Below are positions 17,156 through 25,611 of a DNA stretch of 54,610 nt, piece after piece. Under the pieces are notes generated by a model, which was not told the origin of the DNA, searched no databases, and saw only the letters and a list, made by a program, of their open reading frames with translations. Origin of the DNA: Phycisphaerae bacterium (GTDB taxonomy: Bacteria > Planctomycetota > Phycisphaerae > FEN-1346). Position 1 is the stretch's first letter. Every line of letters starts with the position of its first letter. The translations under genes were made by a program, and so were the position numbers. The DNA is taken from assembly GCA_035528235.1 (NCBI GenBank), contig DATKZB010000305.1, positions 1 to 54,610 on the forward strand, given 5' to 3'.

Positions 17156-17908
17156 CTACGGAAACTTCAGGCCCAGGACCTCCTGGAGGGTCTTGTAGCC
17201 GGTGGGGCAGAGGTACCGGGCCTGGGCGTAATGGGTGCCCTTGTCCTTGTGGTAGAACGCATCGTCGGTTGTCGACGTGAGGTCCTTGAACGGCGGGACG
17301 CGCCCTGCCCGGACGGCCTTCTGGAGGCCGTCGAGCCGCCAGTTCGTCAGCCCCACGATGTGACCGCCGCGATCGCTCGACTGTTCGTACAGCGACCCCA
17401 TCCCCTCGTTGAACCAGGCCGGACATGCCGGGAAGTTGGCCGCCATGAACGGGTGGACGATTTCGTGCACCAGCGTGCCGCCGCCCGTCGCGATGTTCAT
17501 GACCAGCGCCCGGTGCCGGTCCGAGTAGTATCCGAACGGCGTGTCGGGCGTGTCGCCGAAGATGGCGGGGGCGTGTTTCTCGTAACTGGCCTTGTCCTTG
17601 AAGAGCCCGATGTCGAGGATCTCGGTCGGGTCCTTCTTGAAGAAGTCGCGCTTCAGCCGCTCGACGGCCCACCGAACGGTGTTCACGGCGCGGCGGCGGA
17701 CCATGGCGGGGGCCTCGTCGCCGACCACGAAGAACGGTTTCTCGAGGACGATCGTGAACCCTTCCTGCGGCACCTTCTTCCGGAGGGCCGCCAGGTGCGC
17801 GGCGTAATCAGCATCGGTGAACGACGCCGGCGCCTCGGCGGCGGCGCGGGCGGCCCCGGACGCCAGCAGCGTCCCCAACGGCACCGTCGCGGTCATCGCG
17901 TATCGCAT
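17156..17908 (-). CDS. Secreted putative zinc metallopeptidase (HExxH; DUF1570-like)
   Basis: 250-aa ORF with an AGGGAGG SD, a signal peptide, and an LVHEIVHPF HExxH motif followed by NEGMGSLYE. Confidence 0.6.
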   Translation of the reverse strand: MRYAMTATVPLGTLLASGAARAAAEAPASFTDADYAAHLAALRKKVPQEGFTIVLEKPFFVVGDEAPAMVRRRAVNTVRWAVERLKRDFFKKDPTEILDIGLFKDKASYEKHAPAIFGDTPDTPFGYYSDRHRALVMNIATGGGTLVHEIVHPFMAANFPACPAWFNEGMGSLYEQSSDRGGHIVGLTNWRLDGLQKAVRAGRVPPFKDLTSTTDDAFYHKDKGTHYAQARYLCPTGYKTLQEVLGLKFP

Positions 17909-18048
17909 GTGGCCTCCCTGGCCCCCCTTGTAGTCTGCGGCGGCGGCGAAGGCAACTCCCCACCGGCGACCCCATGGCCTGCACGAGCGACGGCCCCGGC
18001 GCGGGGCGAAAGATTTTCAACTTGTGTCGGCCGTCGCGGTTAATCAAA

Positions 18049-19056
18049 ATGAGGGGGTATGTTGTTGCTGCGCGCCGGGCACAGAAACTCATGACGCCGG
18101 AAACCCAACCCGAGAGCCAGCCGCGCGCCAAGTCGGCCGCCGTCAGCGGAGAGACCGCCCGCCTCGTGGCGGTCCTGGCGCTGAACGTGGCGCTGGTGCT
18201 GGCGGTCGTCGTGCTGGTTTCGCGCGGCGGCGGCAGTTTCCCCGACCTGAACGCCCGGACGCTCGGCCTGGGCTGTCTACCGGTGTCGGCGGCGCTGGGC
18301 CTGATGCTGGCGTGCCGGCGTCTCGATTTTTCGCTTCCCGTCATCCTGGCCCTGGGGCTCGCGCTCCAGACGCCGCGCCACCTGTTCACCAGCCAGCCGA
18401 TCCTGTCGATGGCGATCGTGTGCGGCGCGGCCGCGGTGCTGGGCCTCACGAGCGCGCTGGTCACGTGGTTCGGTCGGATTTCGAGCGCCCTGTGGACGGG
18501 CATTCTGGGGTTCGGTCTGCTGCTGGTTCTGCGTCTTCTGCGGATCGAGAGCGCCGGTCCGGGCCTGTGGCCGTGGCCGTGGGCGATGGCGGCGGCGGTG
18601 GGACTGCTGGCGGCGGGGGCGGCGGTGCTGGGCACAACGGGCCTGGTGACGCCGCCGTCGACACCGCCCATCATCCGGTCGGGGTCGCGCGGGTTCGCCG
18701 GCCTGACGGCGGCGTGGATCATCGCGAGCGTGGGCGTGGCCCTGGCGTCGCTCTCGAACGCCGCCGAGTTGTCGGCCCAGCGGCTTCTGGATTCTTATCC
18801 GATGATGCTGGCCGCGGCCGCCCTGGGCGGGGCGTTTATCCTGCGCGGACGCTGGGGCGCCCTGGCCGCGGTGCTGCTGACCGCCGTCGGGCACCTCGCC
18901 TGGTCGTTTGCCGAGCATGCCGACCTGGGCAACGCCACCGCCAACGTGTTGGTGCCCGGCCTGGCCCCCCTGGTGGCCATCCCGCTGTACCTGCTCATCG
19001 ACCGGCTCATCCGGCGACACACCAAAGAGTCGGCCCCGACGGGCCTCCTGGCCTAG
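18049..19056 (+). CDS. Polytopic membrane protein, weakly ABC-permease (BPD_transp_2)-like
   Basis: About 9 hydrophobic helices. The RRLDFSLPVILALG and GGAFILRGRWG segments resemble ribose-type permease motifs. The start could be ATG 18049 or 18091. No ATPase or binding-protein partner lies nearby. Confidence 0.5.
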   Translation: MRGYVVAARRAQKLMTPETQPESQPRAKSAAVSGETARLVAVLALNVALVLAVVVLVSRGGGSFPDLNARTLGLGCLPVSAALGLMLACRRLDFSLPVILALGLALQTPRHLFTSQPILSMAIVCGAAAVLGLTSALVTWFGRISSALWTGILGFGLLLVLRLLRIESAGPGLWPWPWAMAAAVGLLAAGAAVLGTTGLVTPPSTPPIIRSGSRGFAGLTAAWIIASVGVALASLSNAAELSAQRLLDSYPMMLAAAALGGAFILRGRWGALAAVLLTAVGHLAWSFAEHADLGNATANVLVPGLAPLVAIPLYLLIDRLIRRHTKESAPTGLLA

Positions 19057-19072
19057 ACGCCTGGCTGCGCGA

Positions 19073-19220
19073 GGGTGGCATGGTCATCCCGAAGGGTGAC
19101 CATGTGTTTCCCTTCCGAGCACATGGCCACGCAACAGCGTGGCCATGCCACCCGGCCCACGCGAGGCTCAGAACATGGTCACCCAACAGCGGGGTGACCA
19201 TGCCACCCGGCCACCCGGCC
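19073..19220. repeat. REP-like family D cluster (three CATG-based hairpins with CCACCC heads)
   Basis: catggtcatcccgaagggtgaccatg, catggccacgcaacagcgtggccatgccaccc and catggtcacccaacagcggggtgaccatgccaccc. Relatives lie at 34963..35052 and 44386..44472. Confidence 0.8.
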
Positions 19221-19270
19221 CGATCGCGGCGGCCTAGGAAGGCCGCCGCGCGACAAGTTGCGTTGTAGGA
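19221..19270. repeat. REP-like family C single unit
   Basis: gcggcggcctaggaaggccgccgcgcgacaagttgcgttgtagga, ending immediately before the stop codon (19271..19273) of the pseudopilin gene. Confidence 0.8.
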
Positions 19271-19750
19271 CTAGTACCGGTTGTACGGGTTCCCGTCGCG
19301 GTCGACGTGGGCGTCCCTGAGGTCGGCGTAGAAGTACCCCGTAACCTCGTTGTACCACCACCCGCCATCGCTGTCGCCGGGCGGAAAGTGCTCGGCCGCG
19401 CCGGAGGCGGCGCGGATGGTCGCGAACCCGGTGATGGGGTTCGGCGGCATCTGTTCCAGGTAGGGGCCGAAACGGAAGGTGGCGGTCCGGGCCCCGGACA
19501 CCGTGCCATTGATATCGGTGCACTTGATCATCTGGTCGGTGAAGGCGGCCGCGCTGGGAAAGCCGTTGTGATGGTTCCGGTAGACCTGGAGTTGGGCGCG
19601 GATCTTGGAGAGGTTCTCTTTGAGGTTCGTTTCGCGCGCGACGGTCGTCATGCTGGTGATGTTCGGTATGACGATCCCGGCCAGGATGCCCAGGATGATG
19701 ACCACGATGAGGATCTCGACCAGCGTGAACGCCGGTCTGGCGCGGTACAT
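19271..19750 (-). CDS. Prepilin-type N-terminal cleavage/methylation domain protein (type II secretion / type IV pilin-like)
   Basis: N-terminus MYRARPAFTLVEILIVVIILGILAGIVIP, with an AGGGGA SD. Confidence 0.85.
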   Translation of the reverse strand: MYRARPAFTLVEILIVVIILGILAGIVIPNITSMTTVARETNLKENLSKIRAQLQVYRNHHNGFPSAAAFTDQMIKCTDINGTVSGARTATFRFGPYLEQMPPNPITGFATIRAASGAAEHFPPGDSDGGWWYNEVTGYFYADLRDAHVDRDGNPYNRY

Positions 19751-20083
19751 AGCGTTCCCCTAGCCTGTCGCCAGCCGCGTCTTTCCTCTCAGGGCAGGCG
19801 GCACCGGTGCCTCATTCAAGAGGATGCACACGGCGGGCGTCAAGTCAAGTCGGCTCTGTGGAGCGCCGCGCCGCCCTCGGCACGTCGGGCGATAAACCCT
19901 TTCGCGGCAACGGCTTACGAGAGCCCCACGGAAACCCATCCCAGCCGCACGCGCCTGGCGCGCCTGGCGGACGCGCCGGCAAACCGCTCAAAAAACCCTG
20001 CCCCGGCCCCCCGGATTCCGCTTGGGCCGGCCCGGATCTGCGTATACGATTCCCCTGTCTAATCGGCAGGAAGGAGCATGCTC

Positions 20084-20953
20084 ATGGAGGCATTCTGGAC
20101 CGAGGCCGTGGCCGGATACACCGGGCCGCCCAAAGACCCCGCGACGGCGGCGGCGATCGCCGAGTCGCTCGGACGGGCCGCGGACGCCCAGGTCTACGCC
20201 GAGTCGGTCACGGCCGAGGGCGGCGGAATCCTGGCGCTCGCCCGGCGCGGCCAGGACAAGCGACTCCTGCTCGCCTGGCCGAAGGAAGCGGCCGGCGGCC
20301 TGCGGGTCACGTTCGCGCTCGGGGGCGAGCGCCGCCGCGCCACGTTGCCACCGGGCCCCGTCGACCTCGTTGACGGCCGCGCCGACGCCGCCAACGCCGA
20401 GACGCTCCGCCGGATCCTCGACTGGACGGCCCCGCGCCTGGTCGCCGGCCGACCGTCGGTCGGTCTGGGCGACCGGCTGGGCCTGGCCACGCCCGGGCAC
20501 GTCCGGGCCGTCCGGGGAACCGGGTACGTCCCCATGCTGGCCCAGCAGTCGATCCGCGAGATGACGCGGACCGGCCGCTCGCCCCAGACGGTCCTGAACG
20601 ACGCCACGTGGGGCGTCTTCCAGACGGGCTGGCGGACGGGGTTCGGCGCCGACGCCGACCACCTGAAGACGGCCGCCGACATCGACCGGTGCGCCGCGGC
20701 CGGGTTCACGTTCTACACGATCGACCCGGGCGACCACGTCGACCACACGGCCGACTCGGCCGATGCCGCGACGCTGGCCGGGGCGTTCGAGGCCCTGCCC
20801 TGGGCGGCCCTGGAGTCGACGTCCGCCGACGCCCGCCGCACGTTCCTCGCCCGGCGTGTGACGCTCGAGAGCGGCACGGCCCTGGTGCTGGACGAGACGG
20901 CGCTGCACCGGCACATCGGCCGGCACCTGGAGGCGTTCATGCGAGCAGGCTGA
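20084..20953 (+). pseudogene. uxaE: Tagaturonate/fructuronate epimerase (UxaE family), C-terminally truncated
   Basis: The GLGDRLGLATPGH...MLAQQSIREM...GFGADADHLK...FTFYTIDP motifs match the UxaE family as I recall it. Full-length UxaE is about 480 aa, but this ORF stops after about 290 aa, just before a large inverted repeat. No continuation is visible in any frame before iolB. Confidence 0.6.
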
Positions 20954-20975
20954 GGTGCGAGGGTTGCCCGCCGGC

Positions 20976-21059
20976 ACCGCTCGCTTACGCTCGCGGCTCG
21001 GATACGGCGCGCCGGCGGCTCGGAATGTTGTTGGCTAGCCGCGAGCGCTAGCGAGCGGT
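20976..21059. repeat. Long inverted repeat (23-nt arms, 38-nt loop)
   Basis: accgctcgcttacgctcgcggct (20976..20998) versus agccgcgagcgctagcgagcggt (21037..21059); 21 of 23 positions are complementary. Confidence 0.8.
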
Positions 21060-21105
21060 ATGGCCGGGGCTACGGCGCCGGTGGTTGACGCGAAGGGAGG
21101 TCCCC

Positions 21106-21930
21106 GTGGCGAAACTCCTGACGAAGTCGTGCATGCCCGAGTCCGGGTATCGGCAGGTCGTGCCGGTGGCGTGCAAGCCGCTCAAGGCACTGGGCTTCGG
21201 CCTGGCGAACCTGGCGGCCGGCCAGGCGTGGGCGTTCGATACCGAATTATGCGAATGGACGATCGTGGTCCTCGGCGGCTCGGTCCGCGTGTGGGCGGGC
21301 AAGGACGAACTGACGCCCGGCCCGCTGGGCTCGCGGCCGAACGTGTTCGGCGGCAAGGCGTCGGCCGTCTACCTGCCGCCGGGTACCCGGGGCCGCGCCC
21401 AGGCCGTCACGCCGGCCCGGCTGGCCGTGTGCCAGGCCCGCAGCCGGACGGGGGCCGAGCCCACCGTCATCACGCCCGACGAGGTCCGCACCAAGACCGT
21501 CGGGGCCCACAACTGGCAACGGGAGGTCCACGACATCGTGGACGGGCGCCTGGCGGCCGGGCGGCTGCTGGTGGGCGAGACGTTCAACCGGCCGGGGTGC
21601 TGGTCGTCGTATCCGCCGCACCGGCACGATGAGGACCGCCTGCCGCTGGAGGCGGACCTCGAGGAGATTTACTTCTTCCAGGTCGACCCGCCGCAGGGGT
21701 TCGGGTTCCAGCGCGTCTACACCGACGACCGCCGCCTCGACGAATCGTACGCCATCGAGCACGACGACGTCGTCATTTTGCCGCGCGGGTACCATCCGGT
21801 GGCCGCCGCGCCGGGGTACCAGGTGTATTACCTGTGGCTGATGGCGGGGACGGGCCGGGTGATGTGCCCGTTCGACGACCCGGCCCACGCGTGGATCAAG
21901 GGTCTGGAGGCGGTGGTTCGGGAACTGTAG
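21106..21930 (+). CDS. iolB: 5-deoxy-glucuronate isomerase (KduI/IolB family)
   Basis: GTG 21106 lies 5 nt after an AGGGAGG SD. The block WSSYPPHRHDEDRLPLEADLEEIYFFQVDPPQGFGFQRVYTDDRRLDE...GYHPV...DDPAHAWI closely parallels Bacillus IolB. Confidence 0.88.
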   Translation: MAKLLTKSCMPESGYRQVVPVACKPLKALGFGLANLAAGQAWAFDTELCEWTIVVLGGSVRVWAGKDELTPGPLGSRPNVFGGKASAVYLPPGTRGRAQAVTPARLAVCQARSRTGAEPTVITPDEVRTKTVGAHNWQREVHDIVDGRLAAGRLLVGETFNRPGCWSSYPPHRHDEDRLPLEADLEEIYFFQVDPPQGFGFQRVYTDDRRLDESYAIEHDDVVILPRGYHPVAAAPGYQVYYLWLMAGTGRVMCPFDDPAHAWIKGLEAVVREL

Positions 21931-24079
21931 CGGGCGGGGGCTGGTCGTCGAGGCTCATCTTGACGACGCGGCCCTGCATCATGCGTTTGACCGAGAGGCG
22001 CAGCTCGCCGGCGGCGCCGACGGCCTCGGCGAAGTCCTTGACGGTCATCACCGGCCGGCCGTTGACGTGCGTGACGATCTCGTACGGTTTGATGCCCGCG
22101 ACGGAGGCCTTCGACCCCGGCTCGACCTTCGAGACGATGACGCCGGGCTCGTCCGGGGCCTTCTGGAAGTACCGGCGTGCCTCGTACGTCAGGTCGCGGA
22201 CGGTCAGGCCGAGGGCCTCGGTCTTGTACCGCGGGGCGGAATCGTAGTGCGGCGGGCTGGGCGTCACCTCGAGCGTCTTCGAGACCACTTGGCCGTCGAT
22301 GAAGAAATCGGCCTCGAACCGCCGGCCGAATCCCAGGTCGGTCAGCGCCCGCGTGAACCCGTTCTCGGCCGGTGGCCACGGCGGCGGAATCCGGTCGTAA
22401 TACGTCTCGGGCACCTCGTCCATCCGGTCCCACGGAAACGGCCCGCGGTCGTAGTGGTCTTCCAGGCGGACCTCGATGGGCTCGGCCCGGCCCTCGGCGC
22501 GGAGGCGCAGCAGGATGATGCCGGGCACGACGCCGGCCGCGGCCGCCGGCGACCCCGGATACACGTACGAGACGATGGCCCCGCTCTCGCCGTCGCTCGT
22601 CCACTGGGCCACGTTGTTCGCCCGGGCTAGGTCGCGGTTGAGCGGCTGGAGGATGACGCCCAGCCACGCCAGGCGCTGCTCGGTGTCCTCGGTCAGCGGC
22701 ACGTTGCTGGGATCGGTGTGTTTGGCCAGGTCGCCCAGGATGGGCCCCAGCCGCGCCACCGGCACCAGGGCCGGCTGGTCCGACGACCACCGCCGCTCGG
22801 TGGCCACCTTCTGCCGCCGCGCCAGGGGCAGGGCCACCAGGCGGCCGTCGGGGTCGAAGAGGAACCCCTGCCGGTCGCGGCCCACGGTCCGCAGTTCCAG
22901 TTGCCCGCGCCAGCCCGCCTCCAGCCGCCAGAAACGCTCGTGGTCGAAGTAGACCGTGCGGTTCTCGCCGTGCAGGCGAACCTCGACCGACGGTAGCAGG
23001 GCGCTGCGCCACTGCTGGATGGGCACGTCCGAGAGGGCCATCGCGGCGGCCAACGGTTTATCGAGCGTGGCCACCAGGCACCCGTAATCGGTCAGCGACC
23101 CGGCGAACGCGGCCCCGACGGTCTCGCCCGCCTCGGTGCGGACGGTCAGGCGCTCCAGCCGCGCCGTGACGGTGGGCCGCAGGTTCGCCAGGACGAGGAC
23201 CCGTCCGCCCTCGAGCACGACGCCGGTGGCGTGGATCTCGGTGGCGCTGTCGGTGTCGTCGCGTCCGCGGTACCGGCTGCCGGTCTCGCGTTTGGGGCTC
23301 CGCAGGTGGATGGTCACGCGCACCAGGGCCGCGTCGCATCGCTGGCGGACGGTCTCGATCATCTCGGTCCGCTCCTGGTCGGAGTAAAGGGGCCAGGCGA
23401 GCGGCGGCCCTTTCCAGGAATCGTCGGCCGGCAGGTCCGGCTGCATGACCAGGCCGACGGCCGCGCCCTGGGCGTCGGTCACGAGCGAGGCGCCGCCGAC
23501 CGGCATGTGGAGACCGCCGAACCCCGTCGCCTGGCCCACCTGGCCGTCGCGGACCACCAGGGCCGGCGCGAAGCCGCGCACCAGGGTCTCCCACTCGCCG
23601 CCGCGCTCGTAGTAGCGGATCTCCAGGTAAGGCGGCTCCTTGGCGGCGTCGAACTCGATGGGCTTGCCGCCCCGCAGCGGCCGCTCCAGCCGCACCAGCA
23701 CCGCGTTGTGCCGCGTGCCCCACCCGGCCAGGCTCGCGGGCACCACGTCGTCGCCCAGGCACACGGCCACGCGCTCGACGAACCGCGGATGGATGCGGAG
23801 GTCGTCGGTCATCACCTCGGTCGGCGAGACCAGGAACCCCGCCGACTCGAGCGGCCGTTCCTCCTCGAGGGCCGACTGGCCGGTCTCGGGCACCTCGCCC
23901 TTGTCGTAGCGCAGGGTGTACTGGACGCGGACGAGCGAGGCCGCGAGCGACTCGGCCACCGCCGCCTGCCGGGCCACGTCGGTCCGCGTCGCCGCACAAC
24001 CGGCCAGCAGCAGGAGCGCGAGCACCGGCGCCAGACGCCGGGCGAGGATGGAGGGTCGGTCGCGCATGGCAGTGGTCAT
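21896..24079 (-). CDS. Lipoprotein with two C-terminal PDZ domains and degenerate trypsin-like N-terminal region
   Basis: ATG 24079 overlaps the htrA-like stop (ATGA). It has a lipobox (LLLLAGCAA) and PDZ-like segments ([21 protein letters not shown] and [22 protein letters not shown]). I could not find a GNSGGP-type serine motif. Confidence 0.7.
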   Translation of the reverse strand: MTTAMRDRPSILARRLAPVLALLLLAGCAATRTDVARQAAVAESLAASLVRVQYTLRYDKGEVPETGQSALEEERPLESAGFLVSPTEVMTDDLRIHPRFVERVAVCLGDDVVPASLAGWGTRHNAVLVRLERPLRGGKPIEFDAAKEPPYLEIRYYERGGEWETLVRGFAPALVVRDGQVGQATGFGGLHMPVGGASLVTDAQGAAVGLVMQPDLPADDSWKGPPLAWPLYSDQERTEMIETVRQRCDAALVRVTIHLRSPKRETGSRYRGRDDTDSATEIHATGVVLEGGRVLVLANLRPTVTARLERLTVRTEAGETVGAAFAGSLTDYGCLVATLDKPLAAAMALSDVPIQQWRSALLPSVEVRLHGENRTVYFDHERFWRLEAGWRGQLELRTVGRDRQGFLFDPDGRLVALPLARRQKVATERRWSSDQPALVPVARLGPILGDLAKHTDPSNVPLTEDTEQRLAWLGVILQPLNRDLARANNVAQWTSDGESGAIVSYVYPGSPAAAAGVVPGIILLRLRAEGRAEPIEVRLEDHYDRGPFPWDRMDEVPETYYDRIPPPWPPAENGFTRALTDLGFGRRFEADFFIDGQVVSKTLEVTPSPPHYDSAPRYKTEALGLTVRDLTYEARRYFQKAPDEPGVIVSKVEPGSKASVAGIKPYEIVTHVNGRPVMTVKDFAEAVGAAGELRLSVKRMMQGRVVKMSLDDQPPPATVPEPPPPDP

Positions 24080-25455
24080 TCCTTCTCGTAGTCCCGCTGG
24101 TAATCGAGCACCACCTGCCGCACCAGACCGTTCCGCAAGACGGTCACGATGGCGCGGTGCCGCTGGGCCAAGTGGCCGAGGGCGTCTTTGTGGAGTTGCC
24201 GGACATCGTCGAGGGTGGTCACGTCGCGTGCGTCGATCTTCAGGAGGATGTCCAGCGGCCGGAGGCCGGCGATGCCGGCGTTGCCGGGTTCCTTGACGCC
24301 GAACACGAAGACGCCTTGCTTGCGGTGGAAGAAGAGGTCGGGGTTGTCGAACTGGTTGATCTCGCGGACGGTGAAATCCCAGCGCGGGCAGTCGAGTTGG
24401 TCGCCCTCGACCTTGCCCTTCTCGCGCGGCACGAGTTCGACGGACATCGCCTGGCCGCCGCGCACGAGGTCGATGCGGGTCGGTTGGTTCTTGGGCAACA
24501 GGCCCAGGACGCGCCGGACGGCGGGCAGGTCCTCCTCGGTGAGGGCGGCCACGGCCTGGCCGCCGATCTTGAGGAGGCGGTCGCGTGCCCGGATGCCGGC
24601 CTCGTGGGCGGGGCTGTCGGGGTCGGCCTCGGCCACGATGACGCCTTCGGTGCCCTCGAAGTACATGTTGCGACCGAAGTCGCGGAGCGGCTGGAGTTGC
24701 AGGCCCGTCCACGACCAGTTGACCCGGCCGACCTCGCGAATCTGGCCGACGATGTGCCGGATGGTGTCGCTCGGCACGGCGAACCCCATGTCGCCGCCGA
24801 AGAGCACGCCCAGCGTGTTGATGCCGACGACCTCGCCGTCGGTGTTGACGAGCGGCCCGCCGGAGTTGCCCGGACTGATGGCCGCGTCGGTCTGAATCCA
24901 CAGACTGTACTCGCTGTTCAGGGGCAGGAACCGACGCGTGCACGACACGATGCCGATCGAGACGCTCCGCGACAGACCCCACGGGGCGCCCATCGCCATG
25001 ACGAAGTCGCCCTCCATGAGGACGCCCGAGTCGCCCAGGACGGCGTGCGGCACGGTGCCGGCGTCGGCCGGAACCTTCAGCCGGACGAGCGCCAGGTCGG
25101 TGTCCTTGTCGGACCCGACGACCTTGGCCGTCATGGCCCGGCCGTCGTACAGCAGGCACCGGACCTCGACGGCCTTGTCGACGACGTGCCAGTTCGTCAG
25201 GATGTCGCCGTCGGGCGAGATGATGACGCCGCTGCCGGCCACCTCGGAGGAGACCTTGCGGCCGGACTCGTGGCTCTCCTGGATGACCTTGATGTAGACG
25301 ACCGCCGGGAAGACTTTGTCCTTGGCCGCGCGGATGACCTGCCGGAAATCGAGTTGCGCCAGGGCCTCGTCGCGGGTTGCCGGGGCCTTCTCGGCCGCCG
25401 CCACGACGCCGCAGGCCAGCACGATGGTCAGCAGCACGCTCGGATGCGGTCTCAT
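24076..25455 (-). CDS. HtrA/DegP family serine endoprotease (S1C) with PDZ domains
   Basis: It has a signal peptide, a TNWHVV (His) motif, a DLALVRL (Asp) motif and a GNSGGPLV (Ser) motif. Two PDZ-like regions follow. Confidence 0.9.
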   Translation of the reverse strand: MRPHPSVLLTIVLACGVVAAAEKAPATRDEALAQLDFRQVIRAAKDKVFPAVVYIKVIQESHESGRKVSSEVAGSGVIISPDGDILTNWHVVDKAVEVRCLLYDGRAMTAKVVGSDKDTDLALVRLKVPADAGTVPHAVLGDSGVLMEGDFVMAMGAPWGLSRSVSIGIVSCTRRFLPLNSEYSLWIQTDAAISPGNSGGPLVNTDGEVVGINTLGVLFGGDMGFAVPSDTIRHIVGQIREVGRVNWSWTGLQLQPLRDFGRNMYFEGTEGVIVAEADPDSPAHEAGIRARDRLLKIGGQAVAALTEEDLPAVRRVLGLLPKNQPTRIDLVRGGQAMSVELVPREKGKVEGDQLDCPRWDFTVREINQFDNPDLFFHRKQGVFVFGVKEPGNAGIAGLRPLDILLKIDARDVTTLDDVRQLHKDALGHLAQRHRAIVTVLRNGLVRQVVLDYQRDYEKE

Positions 25456-25611
25456 GCGGGCGACTCTCCCGGCCCATCTCCCCCTGCCCGACCTCTATTC
25501 TACGCTGCGCGCCGCAACGTGTCATGAAAATACCGTGCCGCACGCCGCTCCACTGCGATAAGATGGACGCACGCCGCGCCCCCGTGTCGCAGCCGAAAGC
25601 GAGGCCACGCC

